Part shown: in pieces, positions 1-23,972 of the stretch | Position numbering within the stretch: the stretch's first letter is position 1 | How the letters are laid out: every line of letters begins with the position of its first letter | From: the human T2T-CHM13v2.0 reference genome, Homo sapiens | DNA: 64,000 nt | Strand: one strand, 5' to 3' | Assembly: GCF_009914755.1 (NCBI RefSeq) | Contig: NC_060931.1 | Position numbers and translations under genes: made by a program | Notes under the pieces: model-generated | What the model was told of the DNA's origin: nothing | Database searches by the model: none | What the model saw: only the letters and a program-made list of their open reading frames with translations

Positions 1-186
1 TATCTCTATGAAAAATACAAAAAAAAATTAGCCAGGCATGGTGGCACATGCCTGTGGTACCAGCTACTCATAAGGCTGTGGCAGGAGATCACCTGAGCCA
101 GGGGAATCAAGGCTGCAGTGAGCTGTGATTGTGCCACTGCACTCCAGCCTGGGCAACAGAGACTCTGTCTCAAAGGAAAAAAAAAT
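1..186 (+). mobile_element. AluJ-type element, 3' part
   Basis: Right arm with aggctgcagtgagctgtgat and an A tail. Confidence 0.85.
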
Positions 187-723
187 TATGATATATTTCC
201 CTTCTCAACAACAGATTGTTTAGTGTGTCAGATTTTTGAACTTTATACAAGTTGAATCATACATACATATTACCCTGTGACTTGCTTTTTCTTGCATATT
301 AAGTTTCTGAGCGTCATGTCGCTTTGTCTATCTGTAGATCATTTTCACTGCCAGGAAGTATTCTATTGTGTGAAAATACTGCAGTTCATTTCCACACTCA
401 ATTGTTCATGAGTTCATGAACAATTTTTTTGGTCTTCCCCTCCCCAATCGATGTTTGCTATTATAGTAGGCCCCCCTCGAGCATCATGTGCCTGGAATTT
501 AAAAAAAAAAAAAAAAAAGAAAGAAAGAAAGAAAAAGAAACAAAAAATACAGTAGTCCCACCATACCTTTGAAGGTTACGTTCTAAGACCCCTACTACAC
601 ACATGAAACCACAGATAGTACTGAACTCTATATATTACTATGTTTTTTTCCAATACGTACCTATGACAAAGTTTATAAATTAAGCACAGTAAGAGATTAA
701 CAATAACTAACAATAAAAATAGA

Positions 724-1038
<315 letters not shown>

Positions 1039-1434
1039 CTATAATAAAAGTGATGCCAATATGATCTCTCCCTCAAAATATCTTATTTGTACTGCATTCA
1101 CCCTTCCTGTGATGATGTGAGATGATAAAATGCCTACATGATTAGGTGAATGACACAGGCATTGTGACTAGCGTCAGGCTACTATTGACCTTCTGATGAT
1201 ATGTCAAAAGAAGGACCATCTGCTTCAGGTGATCCTGGATCATTGAGCCATAATGATGTTGATGGTTGTGTGTCAGGAGGAAACCAAATTGATGACTACC
1301 AACCAGGTCAACAGTGTAGATCTCAAGGATGCACTGGACAAAGAGATGGAATGTCCTGAGTGGGACAGAGAAGGACAACCTGAGATTTCATCACACTACT
1401 CAGAACGCCAAGCAATTTAAAACTTACAAGTTGT

Positions 1435-5157
<3,723 letters not shown>

Positions 5158-5384
5158 CACCCTTATGAGTTGTTAATTTCTGGAATTTTCCATTTAATAT
5201 TTTCAGACTGCAGTTGACTGCAGGGAATTAAAACCATGAAACCTTGGATAAGGAGGGACTACTGTACAAGCAGGTTGCTAAGATCAGTCTAGTGTACATT
5301 TCCTGATAGGTGTGTATGAGAGTTTCTCTAGGGTGCACACCTAGGAATGGAATTGCTAAGCCATAGTGTATGTATCTTCAGTTT

Positions 5385-6600
<1,216 letters not shown>

Positions 6601-7123
6601 TGTTGTACCTGAGCGAGTTAGAGAGAACGCCACACTTTGAGACGAATTAAGAGTCCTTTATTAGCCTTAGCCGGCGACCGAGAGACGGCTAATGCTCAAA
6701 ATTCTCTCGGCCCCGAGGAAGGGGCTTGATTAACTTTTATACCTTGGTTTAGGAAGATGAGGGGGGGGGGGTCTACTTAGAACAATTTTCCAGAAGTTAA
6801 GTAGTCAAAAAGTTAAAAGGATAAATGGTTATAGGAACGTAAACAGTTCCAGGTGCAGGGGCTTTAAGACTATTACAAGGTGATAGACTAGGGGCTTTGG
6901 GCGTTGTCAATCAGATGAATTCTTGGGGACTGTGGATATAGCTTGCCACAGTATCTTATCAGTTAATTGCATTCTTGGATGTGCTGGGAGTCAGCTTGCA
7001 CAAGTTAAGTCCTTGAGGAAGGGGCTGCCAGTGAAAGAGCCAAAATGGAGTTTGTCTGGTTCTCTTAGCTAAGGGAGAAACAAGGCTAGGTGAATAAAGG
7101 AAGAAACAAGGTTGGGCATTACA
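6601..7123 (-). mobile_element. LTR6 (LTR6A/B, HERV-S71 ERV1) solo LTR
   Basis: Reverse complement starts tgtaatgcccaaccttgttt and ends ctaactcgctcaggtacaaca; contains TATAAAA and AATAAA; near-TSD atac/ttac. Confidence 0.85.
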
Positions 7124-7238
7124 TTACAAGGTAATTCCAAATGGTTTTCCAAGTGGTAGTACCAATGACATTCCCACTCGCAAGACATGCTCTTTGACCT
7201 CACCAACACATGATAGACTTAAATTTTTGCTGTTCAAG

Positions 7239-8281
7239 TATCGGGGGAAATTCAGCCCCCGATATTTCACGTGGGTTATTTTCTATTTTCCCTAAGTGCC
7301 CGCCAGTCTGAGAAATAAAGGGGAAGAGTACAAAAGAGAGAAAATTTAAAGCTGGGTGTCTGGGGGAGACATCACATGTCGGCAGGTTCCGTGATGCCCT
7401 CTGAGCCATAAAACCAGCAAGTTTTTATTAGCAATTTTCAAAGGGGAGGGAGTGCACGAATAGGGTGTGGGTCACAGAGATCACATGCTTCAAGGGCAAC
7501 AAAAGATCACAAGGCAAAAGGTCAGGGTGAAACCAGAATCACTAATGAACTTCCATGTCCTGCTGTGCACGCATTGTCAAGGTTCAAGAACAGAGAACCG
7601 GTCTGACTAGAATTTGCCAGGCTGGAATTTCCTAATCCTAGCAAGCCTGGGGGCGCTGCAGGAGACTAGGGCGCATTTCATCCCTATCTACATCTGCATA
7701 AGGCAGATACTCCCAGGGTGGCCATTTTAGAGGCCTGGCCCTGGGAATGCATTCTTTTCCCAGGGCTGTTAATTATTAATATTCCTTACTGAGGAAAGAA
7801 TTCAGCGATATTTCTCTTACCCATTTTTGGTAATAAGAGAAATATGGCTCTGTCCCGCACGGCCCACAGGCAGCCAGACTTTAAGGTTATCTAACCCTTG
7901 TTCCCTGAAAATCGCTTTTATCCTGTTCTTAAGGTGCCCAGATTTCATATTGTTCAAACACACATGCTCTACAAACAATTTGTGCAGTTAACGCAATCAT
8001 CACAGGGTCCTGAGGCGACATACATCCTAGCTTACAAAGATGACGGGATTAAGAGATTAAAGACAGGCATAGGAAATCACAAGAGTATTGACTGGGGAAG
8101 TGATAAATGTCCATTAAATCTTCACAATTTATGTTCAGAGACTGCAGTAAAGACAGGCATAAGAAATTATAAAAGTATTAATTTGGGGAACTAATAAATG
8201 TCCATGAAATCTTCACAATTTATGTTCTTCTGCCATGGCTTCAGCCAGTCCCTCAGTTTGGGGTTCCTGACTTCCACAACA
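7239..8281 (-). mobile_element. MER11 (HERV-K11/HML-8) solo LTR
   Basis: Reverse complement starts tgttgtggaagtcaggaaccc and ends gaatttcccccgata; about 1.04 kb with the typical internal duplicated block; caag on both flanks. Confidence 0.9.
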
Positions 8282-8476
8282 CAAGTGAGTATAAAAGTGT
8301 TGTGGACTTATTTTGTATTTCCTAATTTCTAAGAAATTTGAGCACCTTTTCAAATGTTTATTGGTTGTTCATATCTCATCTGTGAAATGTTTGCTCAAGT
8401 TTTTTATTCACTGTATTATAGAGTGCTCTTTTTCTTATTTATTTGTAGGAAATCTTTCTATATTCTCAATACTAGT

Positions 8477-9190
8477 TGTCTTAGTTTGTTTTCTGATGCT
8501 ATAACAATACCACAGATTGACTAATGTATAAACACTAGAAGTTTTTTAGGCTTATAGTTCTGAAGGCTGTGAAGTCCAAAAGCATGGCACAGGATCTGGC
8601 ACATGAGGGCCTTCATGCTGTCTCATCCCATGGTGGAAGGTGCAAGAACAAGAACAGATGGGAGCTGAACTTCACCCTTATATCACAAACCCACTCCCAT
8701 GATAACTAACCCACTCCCCCAGTAATGTCATTAATACATTTATGAGGACAGATCACTCATTAACTAATTGCCTCTTAAAGGTTCCACCTCTTAATACTAC
8801 CACAATGCAATTAAATTTCAACGTGAAGGCCAGGTGTGGTGGCTCATGCCTGCAATCCCAGCACTCTGGGAGAACAAGGCAGAAGGACTGCTTGAGGCCA
8901 GGAGTTCAAGACTAGCCTGGGCAACACAGTGAGACTCCATCACTACAGAAAATAAAAAATTAGCCAGGCATGGTGGCACATGGCTTTGGTCCCAGCTACT
9001 CAGGAGGTTGAGCCAGGAGGATCACTTGAACCCAGAAGTTCAAGGTTTTAGTGAGCTTTGATTGCACCACTGCACTCCAGCCTGGGCAACACAGCAAGAC
9101 TCTGACTCTAATACTACTACTACTAATAATAATAAAACAAAAATAAATAATTTCCCCAAGTGTTTTGCAGAGGACTTTCAAACCACAGCA
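8477..9190 (-). mobile_element. MST/MLT1A-type MaLR LTR split by an AluJ (8828-9150, +)
   Basis: tgtcttagtttgttttctgatgctataacaatacc...aaaccacagca termini. Confidence 0.75.
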
Positions 9191-9296
9191 CTAGTCCATT
9201 GTCAGTTATGTGGATGCAGATATCTTCTTTCAGTTTGCGGGTTGGCCTTCTGCTTTCTTTACAATATCTTTGGATGAAAAGATATACATGTGAGTC

Positions 9297-9590
9297 TTTT
9301 TCTTCCAGACAAGGTCTCACTCTGACATTCAGGCTGGACTAGCGTGGTGTGATCATGACTCACTGTAGCCTCAACCTCCTGGGCTCAAGTGATCCTCCCA
9401 CCTCAGCCTCCTGATTAGCTGGGACTACAGGCATGTCCCACCATGCCCAGCTAAGTTTTCTGAGTTTTTGTAGAGACAAGGTTTTGCCACACTGCCCAGG
9501 CTGGTCTCCTCCTCCTGGGCTCAAGTGATCCTCCTGCCTTGGCCTCCCAAAATGCTGAGATTACAGGCGTGAGCTACCACAAGTAGCCTG
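9297..9590 (-). mobile_element. AluJ
   Basis: ctcctgggctcaagtgatcctcc in both arms. Confidence 0.85.
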
Positions 9591-10078
9591 GGTCCTTTTC
9601 AAGATATTTCCTCCCATTCCTTTGGTCAATTTGACTATCTCTGCATTAAAGCCATTCTGTCTTTGTTGTTGCTTTATAATTCAATAATTTATAATTTTAT
9701 AATGGGGGAGAGTTTCTACAAAATCATATCATCTGTGCTGGTCAGAATAGCATATCTCATTGTGGAAAAGGCAAGAATAGGTCACGTCCCAGTTTTATAA
9801 ATAAGGAAATAAGGTCAAACTCAGGACTCCTGACTTTTAATTGAGTTTTCACTTCATCTCCCTAAAAACTTCCTATCACTACATAAATTAAAAGTGTTGT
9901 TTGAGGAAAATGAGGGGCTGGCTTTGCTGCATGTATTCAATCATTTCTGCTCAACAAATATTAATTCCTTCTTTTTAGCAGTTATCAGATACACAGGCAT
10001 GTAGACACTCTTTGTAAAGTGCTAGGTATGTGTAAGCTATTACTATTATTATCATTGTGGTACAAGAGATATATGTGG

Positions 10079-10650
10079 GGCCAGGCGCAGTGGCTCACGC
10101 CTGTAATCCCAACACTTTGGGAGGCCAAGGTGGGCGGGTCACGAGGTCAGGAGATCGAGACCATCCTAACACGGTGAAACCCCGTCTCTACTAAAAATCC
10201 AAAAAATTAGCGGGGCATGGTGGCATGTGCCTGTAGTCCCAGCTACTCAGGAGGCTGAGTCAGGAGAATCGTTTGAACCCAGGAGGCAGAGGTTGCAGTG
10301 AGCCGAGCTCACACCATTGCACTCCAGCCTGGGCTACACAATGAGACTCTGTCCAAAAAAAACAAAAGAAAAGAAAGAGATATATCTGGATCCTAGCACT
10401 TTGGGTGGGTGGATCACTTGAGGTCAGAAGTTCAAGACCAGGCTGGCCAACATGACAGAACCCTGTCTCTTCTAAAAATACAAAAATTAGCCAGGCGTAG
10501 TAGCGGGTGCCTGTAATCTCAGCTACTTGGGAGGCTGAGACAGGAAGAATCACTTGAACCCAAGAGGCAGAGGTTGCACTGAGCTGAGATCGTACTACTG
10601 CACTCCAGTCTGGGTGACAGAGCAAGACTCTATCTCAAGAAAAAAAAAAA
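10079..10650 (+). mobile_element. Two tandem AluS elements (10079-10365; 10389-10650, 5'-truncated)
   Basis: Alu consensus with A tails. Confidence 0.9.
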
Positions 10651-11810
<1,160 letters not shown>

Positions 11811-12243
11811 GCTCTCTTTGGGGAAAAACTCACAAATCTGCCCCCTCCGGTGATGGCTGACCGATATAATTCAAACAGCTTCCCGCCATCTTTAAGGAAG
11901 CAAATGGCTTTCCCATTCCCCTTCTTTCTCGTAGTGCTGCCCTTCTCCTGGCCCCAGGCTGCTGGAGAAACCGAGGAAAGCAGACAGGGTCCTACCTTCC
12001 AGAAGCCTTAGGAACACCACGGCCATGGGCGTGGGAAGGATACCCTTGGGATTCTCGCGAAACATTCTCGTGAAGGGCAAAGTCGAGTGAGACCAGGATG
12101 GGAGCTCCAGGTAGAGGGACAACAGAGAGGAAGGAACAGAGGGTGAAATCCCTGTGCCAGGAGGCTTCCTGCAGGGGGAGGTGTGAGGGGCTAGTGGAGG
12201 TGAGGAGGAGCTGTGTGGCCAGGACGCTGTAGGTGCCTGGTGA

Positions 12244-12645
<402 letters not shown>

Positions 12646-13476
12646 TAGAAAGATCTGTCCTCACAGACGTGTGGAAGAAGCTAGGAATGAGGAAGAGAAG
12701 AAATGAGGAGAAACAGGCCTGACTCCTCCCTGGTGAACCTCCTCCCTTGGCCTCCCAGGCCCTCACTCCTTCCGTTCCCCTCATTTACTAGGAGAGGAAT
12801 TCTGTGTCCAGAGCACCCCAAAACCTGAAGGCAGAATGCAGTCCTGGATTGTTGTGGATCTTGGCTGCATTTAAAAAGAGACCTTGCTGAGCCTATGTCC
12901 TGAATAAAATAAAGGAAATGGGCTCCTGGTTTCCAAATATTTCTTTAGATGGGAGACTCTTTGATCAAACGAAGTCCTGCCCTGATAAAATGAGGAGTAT
13001 GGCAGCAAGGGGGCACTCCCCCAGCACGTGGCGGTCCAGGCTCCCTCATTGAGGGCTCTGTGACTCAGGGTTTCTAGCACTGTAGCTGGCTCTCCTGCTT
13101 CAACCGAGTTCTTTTATGAGTGTATCTGAATATTAAACTAACACTTGTTTCATTGCTTTGAACAAGGTGTGCTTTTGAGAAGCATGGTCAATACAGCAGG
13201 ATTGAATGTTTTTATGCCCCTGTAGCTTAATAAGGAGATCATAATTCATTTAAAATGGATTGACTCCCATCCTAAGCCTGACCAGCATTCCATTCTTATA
13301 TTAAAGAAATAATCCAAAAGGAAAAAGAAAAGTTATAAGCATGAAGTTCTCTGTCACAGCATTTTACATAATAGTGAAAACTGGGAACCAACAGAGAACT
13401 GAGTTACACACTGAAGCATAATACTAAGTGTGATACTCAGTGTGATGTTGGACAACTAATAAAACAAGCAATGTGA

Positions 13477-14195
<719 letters not shown>

Positions 14196-15467
14196 TAAAA
14201 ACAAACAAACCAATCATTGTGAACGCTGGGGGAAGGTGGAAAAGAGGAAAATGCAGAATACAAAATTAGACAAAGGGACGAGGCACCCAGGAGAATAGGA
14301 GTCGAACTCGCTTCCATCTTCATTTCTTCTCTCTTCTTCCTGTATTTTTTCTCCATTTTTTCCACAAGAACTGTGAGAACACGGGAAATGAGTTGATTTA
14401 TTAGGGTGATTTACTACAGTGATTTTCTTCTGCTTTTAAGTTGTTACTCTTTGGGAGGGCGGGAGCTTAGAATCCAAGTGCAATAAAAGGTAGAGAAGAT
14501 GCTGTGTGTGGGTAAAAGCAGCGCGGAGCTTCCTGGGCCATCTCAGCTAGACCAGTGCCTTTTTTTTTCCCACTGGGCCCTGAATATATCTCCATCACCT
14601 TCCTGAATGCACTGGGGTAACCATCTGGTTTTGTAACAAGCTGAGAGGAGCCTGGCATGTAGTGGGCACTCGATGAATATGGTGAGAATAACAAAGCATT
14701 CCTTTGCAATGCAGGGCTCAGTTGTTATGGCTTTCAAAGAAGGCAATGTAACTGACATACTGAGATCATTAAACAGCACAGGAACTAAGAAGGCAAAAGA
14801 AAGCAGTGCTTTCAACTATTCCTGTTTTACAGAGTACTTGTTGAAACTGTAAAAAGATATTTAGAACCACAAAAACTAGGCCAAGGGTAAGAAAAACTCT
14901 TCATACCCAAGAGAATTCAGCTGACCAAATTAAGTCTGATCCAGAATAAACAGCTCTCATCTGGAAATCTAGCAGTTCCAGAAAGTACTGTCCAAGGGGA
15001 AAAAGACCCACAACGTTGATCTGCATAATTATATAACCCTTTAACAAAGAGACAAGAAGCGCTATCGTGCTGGAGTGCATGGGGAAAATCAAATGTGAGC
15101 ATGAGCAAAGCTGGGCTCACTTGAGAAAATAACAGGTCTCAGCCCTCAAAGAAGAGGACTTTGTTACTGAAGAGAATCTGGGCTCATGTGCCCTTTCTCA
15201 TGAACTTGACCAACCTCAGTGTGTTTTCTCTGTGTTCACCCAACATCCAAAACCAAAAACAAGGTTTCTATTATCAACTCCCTCCAGCAGAAATTACTTA
15301 CAAATAGTCATGTGAGGAGCATTGCACATGAAGGAACACATTGGAAACTAAACTGAAGCTTGGCTATTACAAACAGGTCAAGACTATTCATGTTGGTATT
15401 TTACCAAGAAAAGCATAATCACTATCCCCTTAAAAGCCAATTAAAACATCAAATAAAAACGAAATCT

Positions 15468-17131
<1,664 letters not shown>

Positions 17132-17192
17132 TAAAAAATTCAGGTTTGATTCCACAGAGCCTTTGTTTAACAATGGGAAAGGTTCTAATTTT

Positions 17193-17706
<514 letters not shown>

Positions 17707-19055
17707 TCAATACATAGGAGTCCACCCAAAAAATTATAAAGAGGTTGTTCTTTCCGTACCCCCCTCTGTGAACCTCTTGTAACACCTCATGACAATAATG
17801 AGAGTAGTTATGCAGGTCAAATTCCTTACCGATAATGCTCCATCTTCTAACCATCAGTGAAAATTAATCTTTTTGTTTCATTCACTCATCCAATAATAAG
17901 TTATTACTAACATATATTGAACAATTACTATACTATGTGCCAGGAAATGTGCTAACAACTTTAAATGCATAATAGATATTTAGTTACTCTTAGTAGATAG
18001 TTTTCCCAATTTTTGGAGGAAAAACTTGAGCCGAAGTAGAACTCAAATTTAGATCAAGCTGGGCACAGTGGTGTAAGCCTGTAGTCCCAGCTATTCAAAA
18101 GGCCTCCAAGGCAGGAGGGCTGCTTGAGGTCAGGAGTTCAAAGCCAGCCTGGGCAACATAGCAAGACCTTGTCTCAAAAAAAAAAAAATAGGATCATACC
18201 TAACATACATAATTCATCACACTCAAATGGCCATAGAGCTTTAGAGCTGGGAAATACAATTAGCGATCTTCAAATTCAGATGCCCTCATTATTGTTTACC
18301 TTCTTCTATTATGAAAAATTTCAAATATATTCAATAGTAGTCAAAGAGCATAATAAACTTCTTTTTATACTACAGTAAACCACTCAGTGTCAATAATTAT
18401 CAATGTATGGCCGATCTTGTTTCATATTTACCCACACTTATTTTCTTCCATCTCATATAACTTTTTTTGCTGTATTTTTTTTAACTTTTTATTTGGAAAT
18501 AATTTCAAATTTACAAATAAGTTGCAAAGATGGAAATAATAAAAAGAACACCCATTACCATTTACCCAGATTCACCTGTTAACATTTGTACTGCTTATTT
18601 GTACACGCTATCTCCCCCTGCACAAACACACACTCACACACACTTTTTTTCTGAACTATTTGAGGCTACATTATAAACATCATCATCTTTTACTCCTAAA
18701 TACTTAATGTGTATTTCCCAAGAAAATGACATTCTCTTATGTACCATGGTACAGTTATCAAATTCAGTAAATGTAAACTAATTCAATCATTTTATTTTCT
18801 CTACCATTTGTATTCCAATTTTGTGACTTGACCCAATAATTTTTTTTTTCTATAGAGATGGGGTTTTGCCATGTTGCCCAGGCTGGTCTTGAACTCTTGG
18901 ACTCAAGCAATCCATCCACCTTGGCCTCTCAAAGTGCTGGGATCACAGATGGGAGCCACTGTGCCCGACCCCAATAATGTTCTTGACAGTATTTCTTTTC
19001 CCTCCATTAGAGGATCCAGTTTTAGGTCAGGTATTGCATTCAATTGTCAGATTTT

Positions 19056-19740
<685 letters not shown>

Positions 19741-20115
19741 AAAATTTCCAGAACCTTTGTCCTTTATGACATAGACTTTTTGGAAAAATAAATTCCTCTT
19801 TCTTCTTTTAAGATGTTCCTTGTGTGGAGGTTGTCTGCTGTTTCCTTATGATTAGATTCAAGATGTGCACATCTTGACAAGGTGACTCTAGTCAGTATAC
19901 TGACTAGGTGATATTGTGTCCTTTTCAGGGTATCACATCTGGAGGCATATGATGGCCAGTGTCAATACTGATCACCAGTTAAGGTTGTTGCCTGATTCAT
20001 CCCTGTACAATTACTGTTTTTTTCCTTCTTAGAGATAATTAACAGTCTGTGGGACAACACTTTGAGATCAAGAAATATCCTGCTTATCATCAAAATTTCC
20101 CCTAGATTCAGCATC

Positions 20116-20575
20116 TGTAATTAGTTACCCACTGCTATTATGCCAAATCTTAGTAGCCTAAAACAACAGATACTTATGAACTCAGACAGTTCCTATGGGT
20201 CAGGAATTTGGCAGTGGCTTGGCTGGGTGGTTCTGGCTCAGGGTCTCTAATGAGGTTGCATTTAAGCGCCAGCCAGAAGCTGCAGTCATCTGAAGGCTTG
20301 CCCAGGGCTGGAGAATCTACTTCCAAGATGATTCATTCACATGCCTGGCAAGTTAGTGCTAGAACTGAGAAGGCCTCAGTTCCTTATCACATGGAACTTT
20401 CCATAGGGCTACTTGACTGTCATCATGACATGACAGCTGGCTTCTCCTAGAGAAAGAGATCTCAGAGAGAAAGCAAGGAGAAAGCAGTGCCTCCTGTGAC
20501 CTACTCTTGGAAGTCATACACTGTCATTTCCACCATATTCATTCTATTTGCCCACTTGATTCAAGGGGAAAATTA
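20116..20575 (-). mobile_element. MLT1-type MaLR LTR
   Basis: tgtaattagttacccactgct...gggtcaggaatttgg...tggttctggctcagggtctct. Confidence 0.75.
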
Positions 20576-20627
20576 AGCATTAACTTTTTTTTTTTTTTTT
20601 GAGACACAGTCTCACTCTGTCGCCCAG

Positions 20628-22364
20628 AAAATAACTAGAAATTGCTTTAAAAATTATTTTGATTAGAAATTAAATATCATAAAACTTAACCTTTAAAAAA
20701 ATCACAAATAGACAATTTGTAAGATACATTAAAAAGTACTATATACTTCTAAGAAAAATTTAGCTTTAAAAGCATTGATCAGAAAATAAGAGAGGTGAAA
20801 ACAACAGAGCTAAGCATTTCCCTTGGGTATCAGAAGAGAGGAAACAAAAAGAAGTGAGAATAAGGACAGGAATTGGTGACAAAGAGAAACACAATAAAAC
20901 CAAAGAGGACTAAAAAAAGGTATAACTTTAAAAATATTAAAACAATAGACCTCTAGAGCAAGTCTAATGAAGGAAATAAAAGACGCAAACAAAAAGCAAA
21001 TGAAAAAGGGAGAAATAACTATGGACTCAACATAATTAAAATAAGAAGAGTAGGCTACACAATTTGCTAATAAATTGTAAAACCTAGGTAAAATGGATAC
21101 ATTTCTGGAAAATCATAAAACACCAAAACTGGCACAAAAAGAAATAGAAAACTTGAATAGAACAAAAAGCATTCAAATATCTGAAATAGAAATCAAGTAT
21201 TTTCCCTCCCAAAAAGCCCTAGAATGAGATGGTTAACATGGATGAGTTATTAAACTTTCAAAAAAAATCTTTTCCAAGTTGCCAGAAAGTAGGAAAAATA
21301 AAAAAAAAAAAGAACACCAAAAACAAACAGACACAACAGCTCTTAATAGGAGACCAATATTAATTCCAAATCCAAATAAGGAGACGTCAACCAAAGAACA
21401 AAAGATCACTTTGCAAATACGCATATACACAAAAATTCCAGTAAGAATTTTAACTGACTAAATTCAAAAGGCATTATCCATTTGATGACATATATAAAAT
21501 GGGCAAAATTCCTCTAAGGACATAAACTACCAAAGTTCACTCCAGATGAACTGGAGAGCTTCCTAATGAAATTGAATTTGTAATAAAAAACCTACCCACA
21601 AAGAAAGCTCCAGGCCATGAGGGCTTCACTGCCAAATTCTACCAAACACTTAAGGAAGAGATAATACCAATTCTACACAAAAATCTCTCTGAAAACAGGA
21701 GACAGAACACTTGCAAATAATTTTAGGAGATGACATTACCCTGAAACCAAAACCAGACAAAATCATTACGAGAAAAGAAAACTACAACAAATATTCCTCA
21801 TGAATAATAGACGAAAATCCTTAAAAATATTAGCCAACCAAATACAGCAATATAGAAAAGAAATACTACATTTGAGCAGGTGAGGTTTCTCCCAGGATAC
21901 AAGCTAGATCAACACTCATATATCAAAAAATGTGTCGACTTCCAAATATGGCCGAGTTAAGAAACTGGTATCTCCCATTCTCCAAAACAACTTTAAAGTT
22001 GGACAAAATTATTTAAAAAAACACTCATATAGGGTTCTAGAAATTAACCAAAAGGAAGCAACAACGTGGGAAGCATTGATTCATAAAAAACTGAGAAACT
22101 CTGGGTAAAAACAGTGGGAGTCTGTGGCATTTTTACCTAGTTTGCTCCCATCCACCTCGGCACCACCCCCATCTCCCCCATACTGTTAGTGAAATAGTTC
22201 TTTTGAAGGGGGCAGGATGGAGTATGACTAGTCATAAAAATAACCTTTACTACTGGAGCAGGCTGACCTGATTTGGGGCAGACAGCTAAAAACCTACACT
22301 CAGAGGCACTATCAGTAAAAGTAGAGAACTCAGTAGGAAATGAAAGGCTGGGTAGCCTTGCCAC
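20628..22364 (+). mobile_element. Old L1M fragments (ORF2-like 20628-21935; 5'UTR-like 21936-22364, ending abruptly)
   Basis: A-rich L1 ORF2 motifs (ggcttcactgccaaattctaccaaacacttaaggaaga) and a gacttccaaatatggccga L1M 5'-end-like start. Confidence 0.65.
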
Positions 22365-23891
22365 TCTCTTCCTTTAACCAATGTCAAAATTAAGAATTTA
22401 TGAGCCAATGCCCTTGATCAAAGTTACGTATTTCTAAAAATACTAAAGTTACAACTAAGTTATTTCTAATTTGCAAATAACATAGCTTATAGCATTTTTT
22501 GGCCCTGGCATAATTTTAGGCTATGACAGAAAATGACAATAATCGCTTTAACCTGAATTAATACCTTAACTGGTTCATGTTCCCCAGTGAGTAAAACAGA
22601 TTCCATAAATACAGGACTAGGGTTATTTCACTTGTCTTCCTGCTCGCACTCTGCATACTGGCTGACTCACCCACCTTTCAGCTCTCATCCTCAGAGCTGA
22701 CTTCCAGGATCCTTCCCTGATGCTCCTCCTGTGTATTCCTGCAGCACTCTGTACTTCATTTTTTATCATAGCCTTTATTACACTGTATTATAACTGCTAA
22801 GAATTGTTTCTATTTTCCGAATTTTCCGCTAGACCATACCTTAATCAGTTTTCTATCTCTAGGATACTTTCTACTATCAGACACACAGGACGTACTGAAT
22901 GAATGAATGAATGAATACATTTTCAACTATAGTTTTAAAGTTTTAAAAATCTTTCCACAGATTGTAGACCACCCATTTAATGGTCCATGTGTTTTCAATC
23001 TTTTAAGCAAAAACAACCCTTGTTCTTATTAAAACCTATATGAAAGAGATTAAGGTTAAACTGCCCTGGGTAAAAGAGAGGCTAGGAGACAGGGGAGTAG
23101 ACAGCCCTCAGGGAAGAGTCCTGGGAAGTCGTAGGACTTCACATAACCCAGTTTCAAAACCATAGCATTAATCTAGTACAGAAAGAAGAAAATCACCAAT
23201 AAAAATAAATTATAGGAAAAAAGGTAGTTTATTTTTTCCATGTTGGTTCTTGTGCTGCTTTTTTAAATTAAATCTTTGATAGCCTCCTGACTTAGGATGT
23301 GCTGATTAAAACACCAAAATAAAATAGGCAAAGCAATTATGGACAGGGAGAATCCTTAAAATTATAAGACAGACTTCTCCATTTTATCTTCCCTTCTACT
23401 CTAATACCAAAAACAAAAATCTTCTTTAAATAAGACTAACTTAGATTAAATAATCTATAAAGGCTTATAAAAGCCTTTTACAAGTAATGACTTGAAAACT
23501 GGGGAGAAAAAAGAATGAGACTATAATACGATCTCCAGTTAAGGCTCTAAAGATGGTGTCTTTACCAGTTACAAAGAAGCTAGAGAAAAACGACTGTATA
23601 GACCTTAAAATTCGATCTTTAATCTCTAGAGTTTTCCTGCTTTAAAATTTTAAAATTTTAGTGATATAGAAGGACCAATAAAATAAGAGATTGTTTTAAG
23701 AAACTAATTTTGGAGAACAAAAATCTATATACAATTACATTTACTTTCTATTATATTAAATACATAAAATAATAGGTGAACAGACTTCATCCTAGAATTT
23801 CATTTAATAGTGATACTTGAATAACTCAATTTATTCTTAGCTTATTAGATTCTTTTCAAGTCTTTCAAGTTTAAGCAAAAAATGCACTTAC

Positions 23892-23972
23892 GTCATCTGC
23901 AATACCAAAAATTTTAGATGTCAAGTATTTAAGTATGACAGTTCCAAATAACCAAAAACATCCTTGAATAAC
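23892..23972 (-). pseudogene. DPY19L1P1: DPY19L1-like exon, 81 nt: VIQGCFWLFGTVILKYLTSKIFGIADD (last homologous exon seen)
   Basis: Acceptor ttttcttttttttAG, donor GTaagt. Confidence 0.95.
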
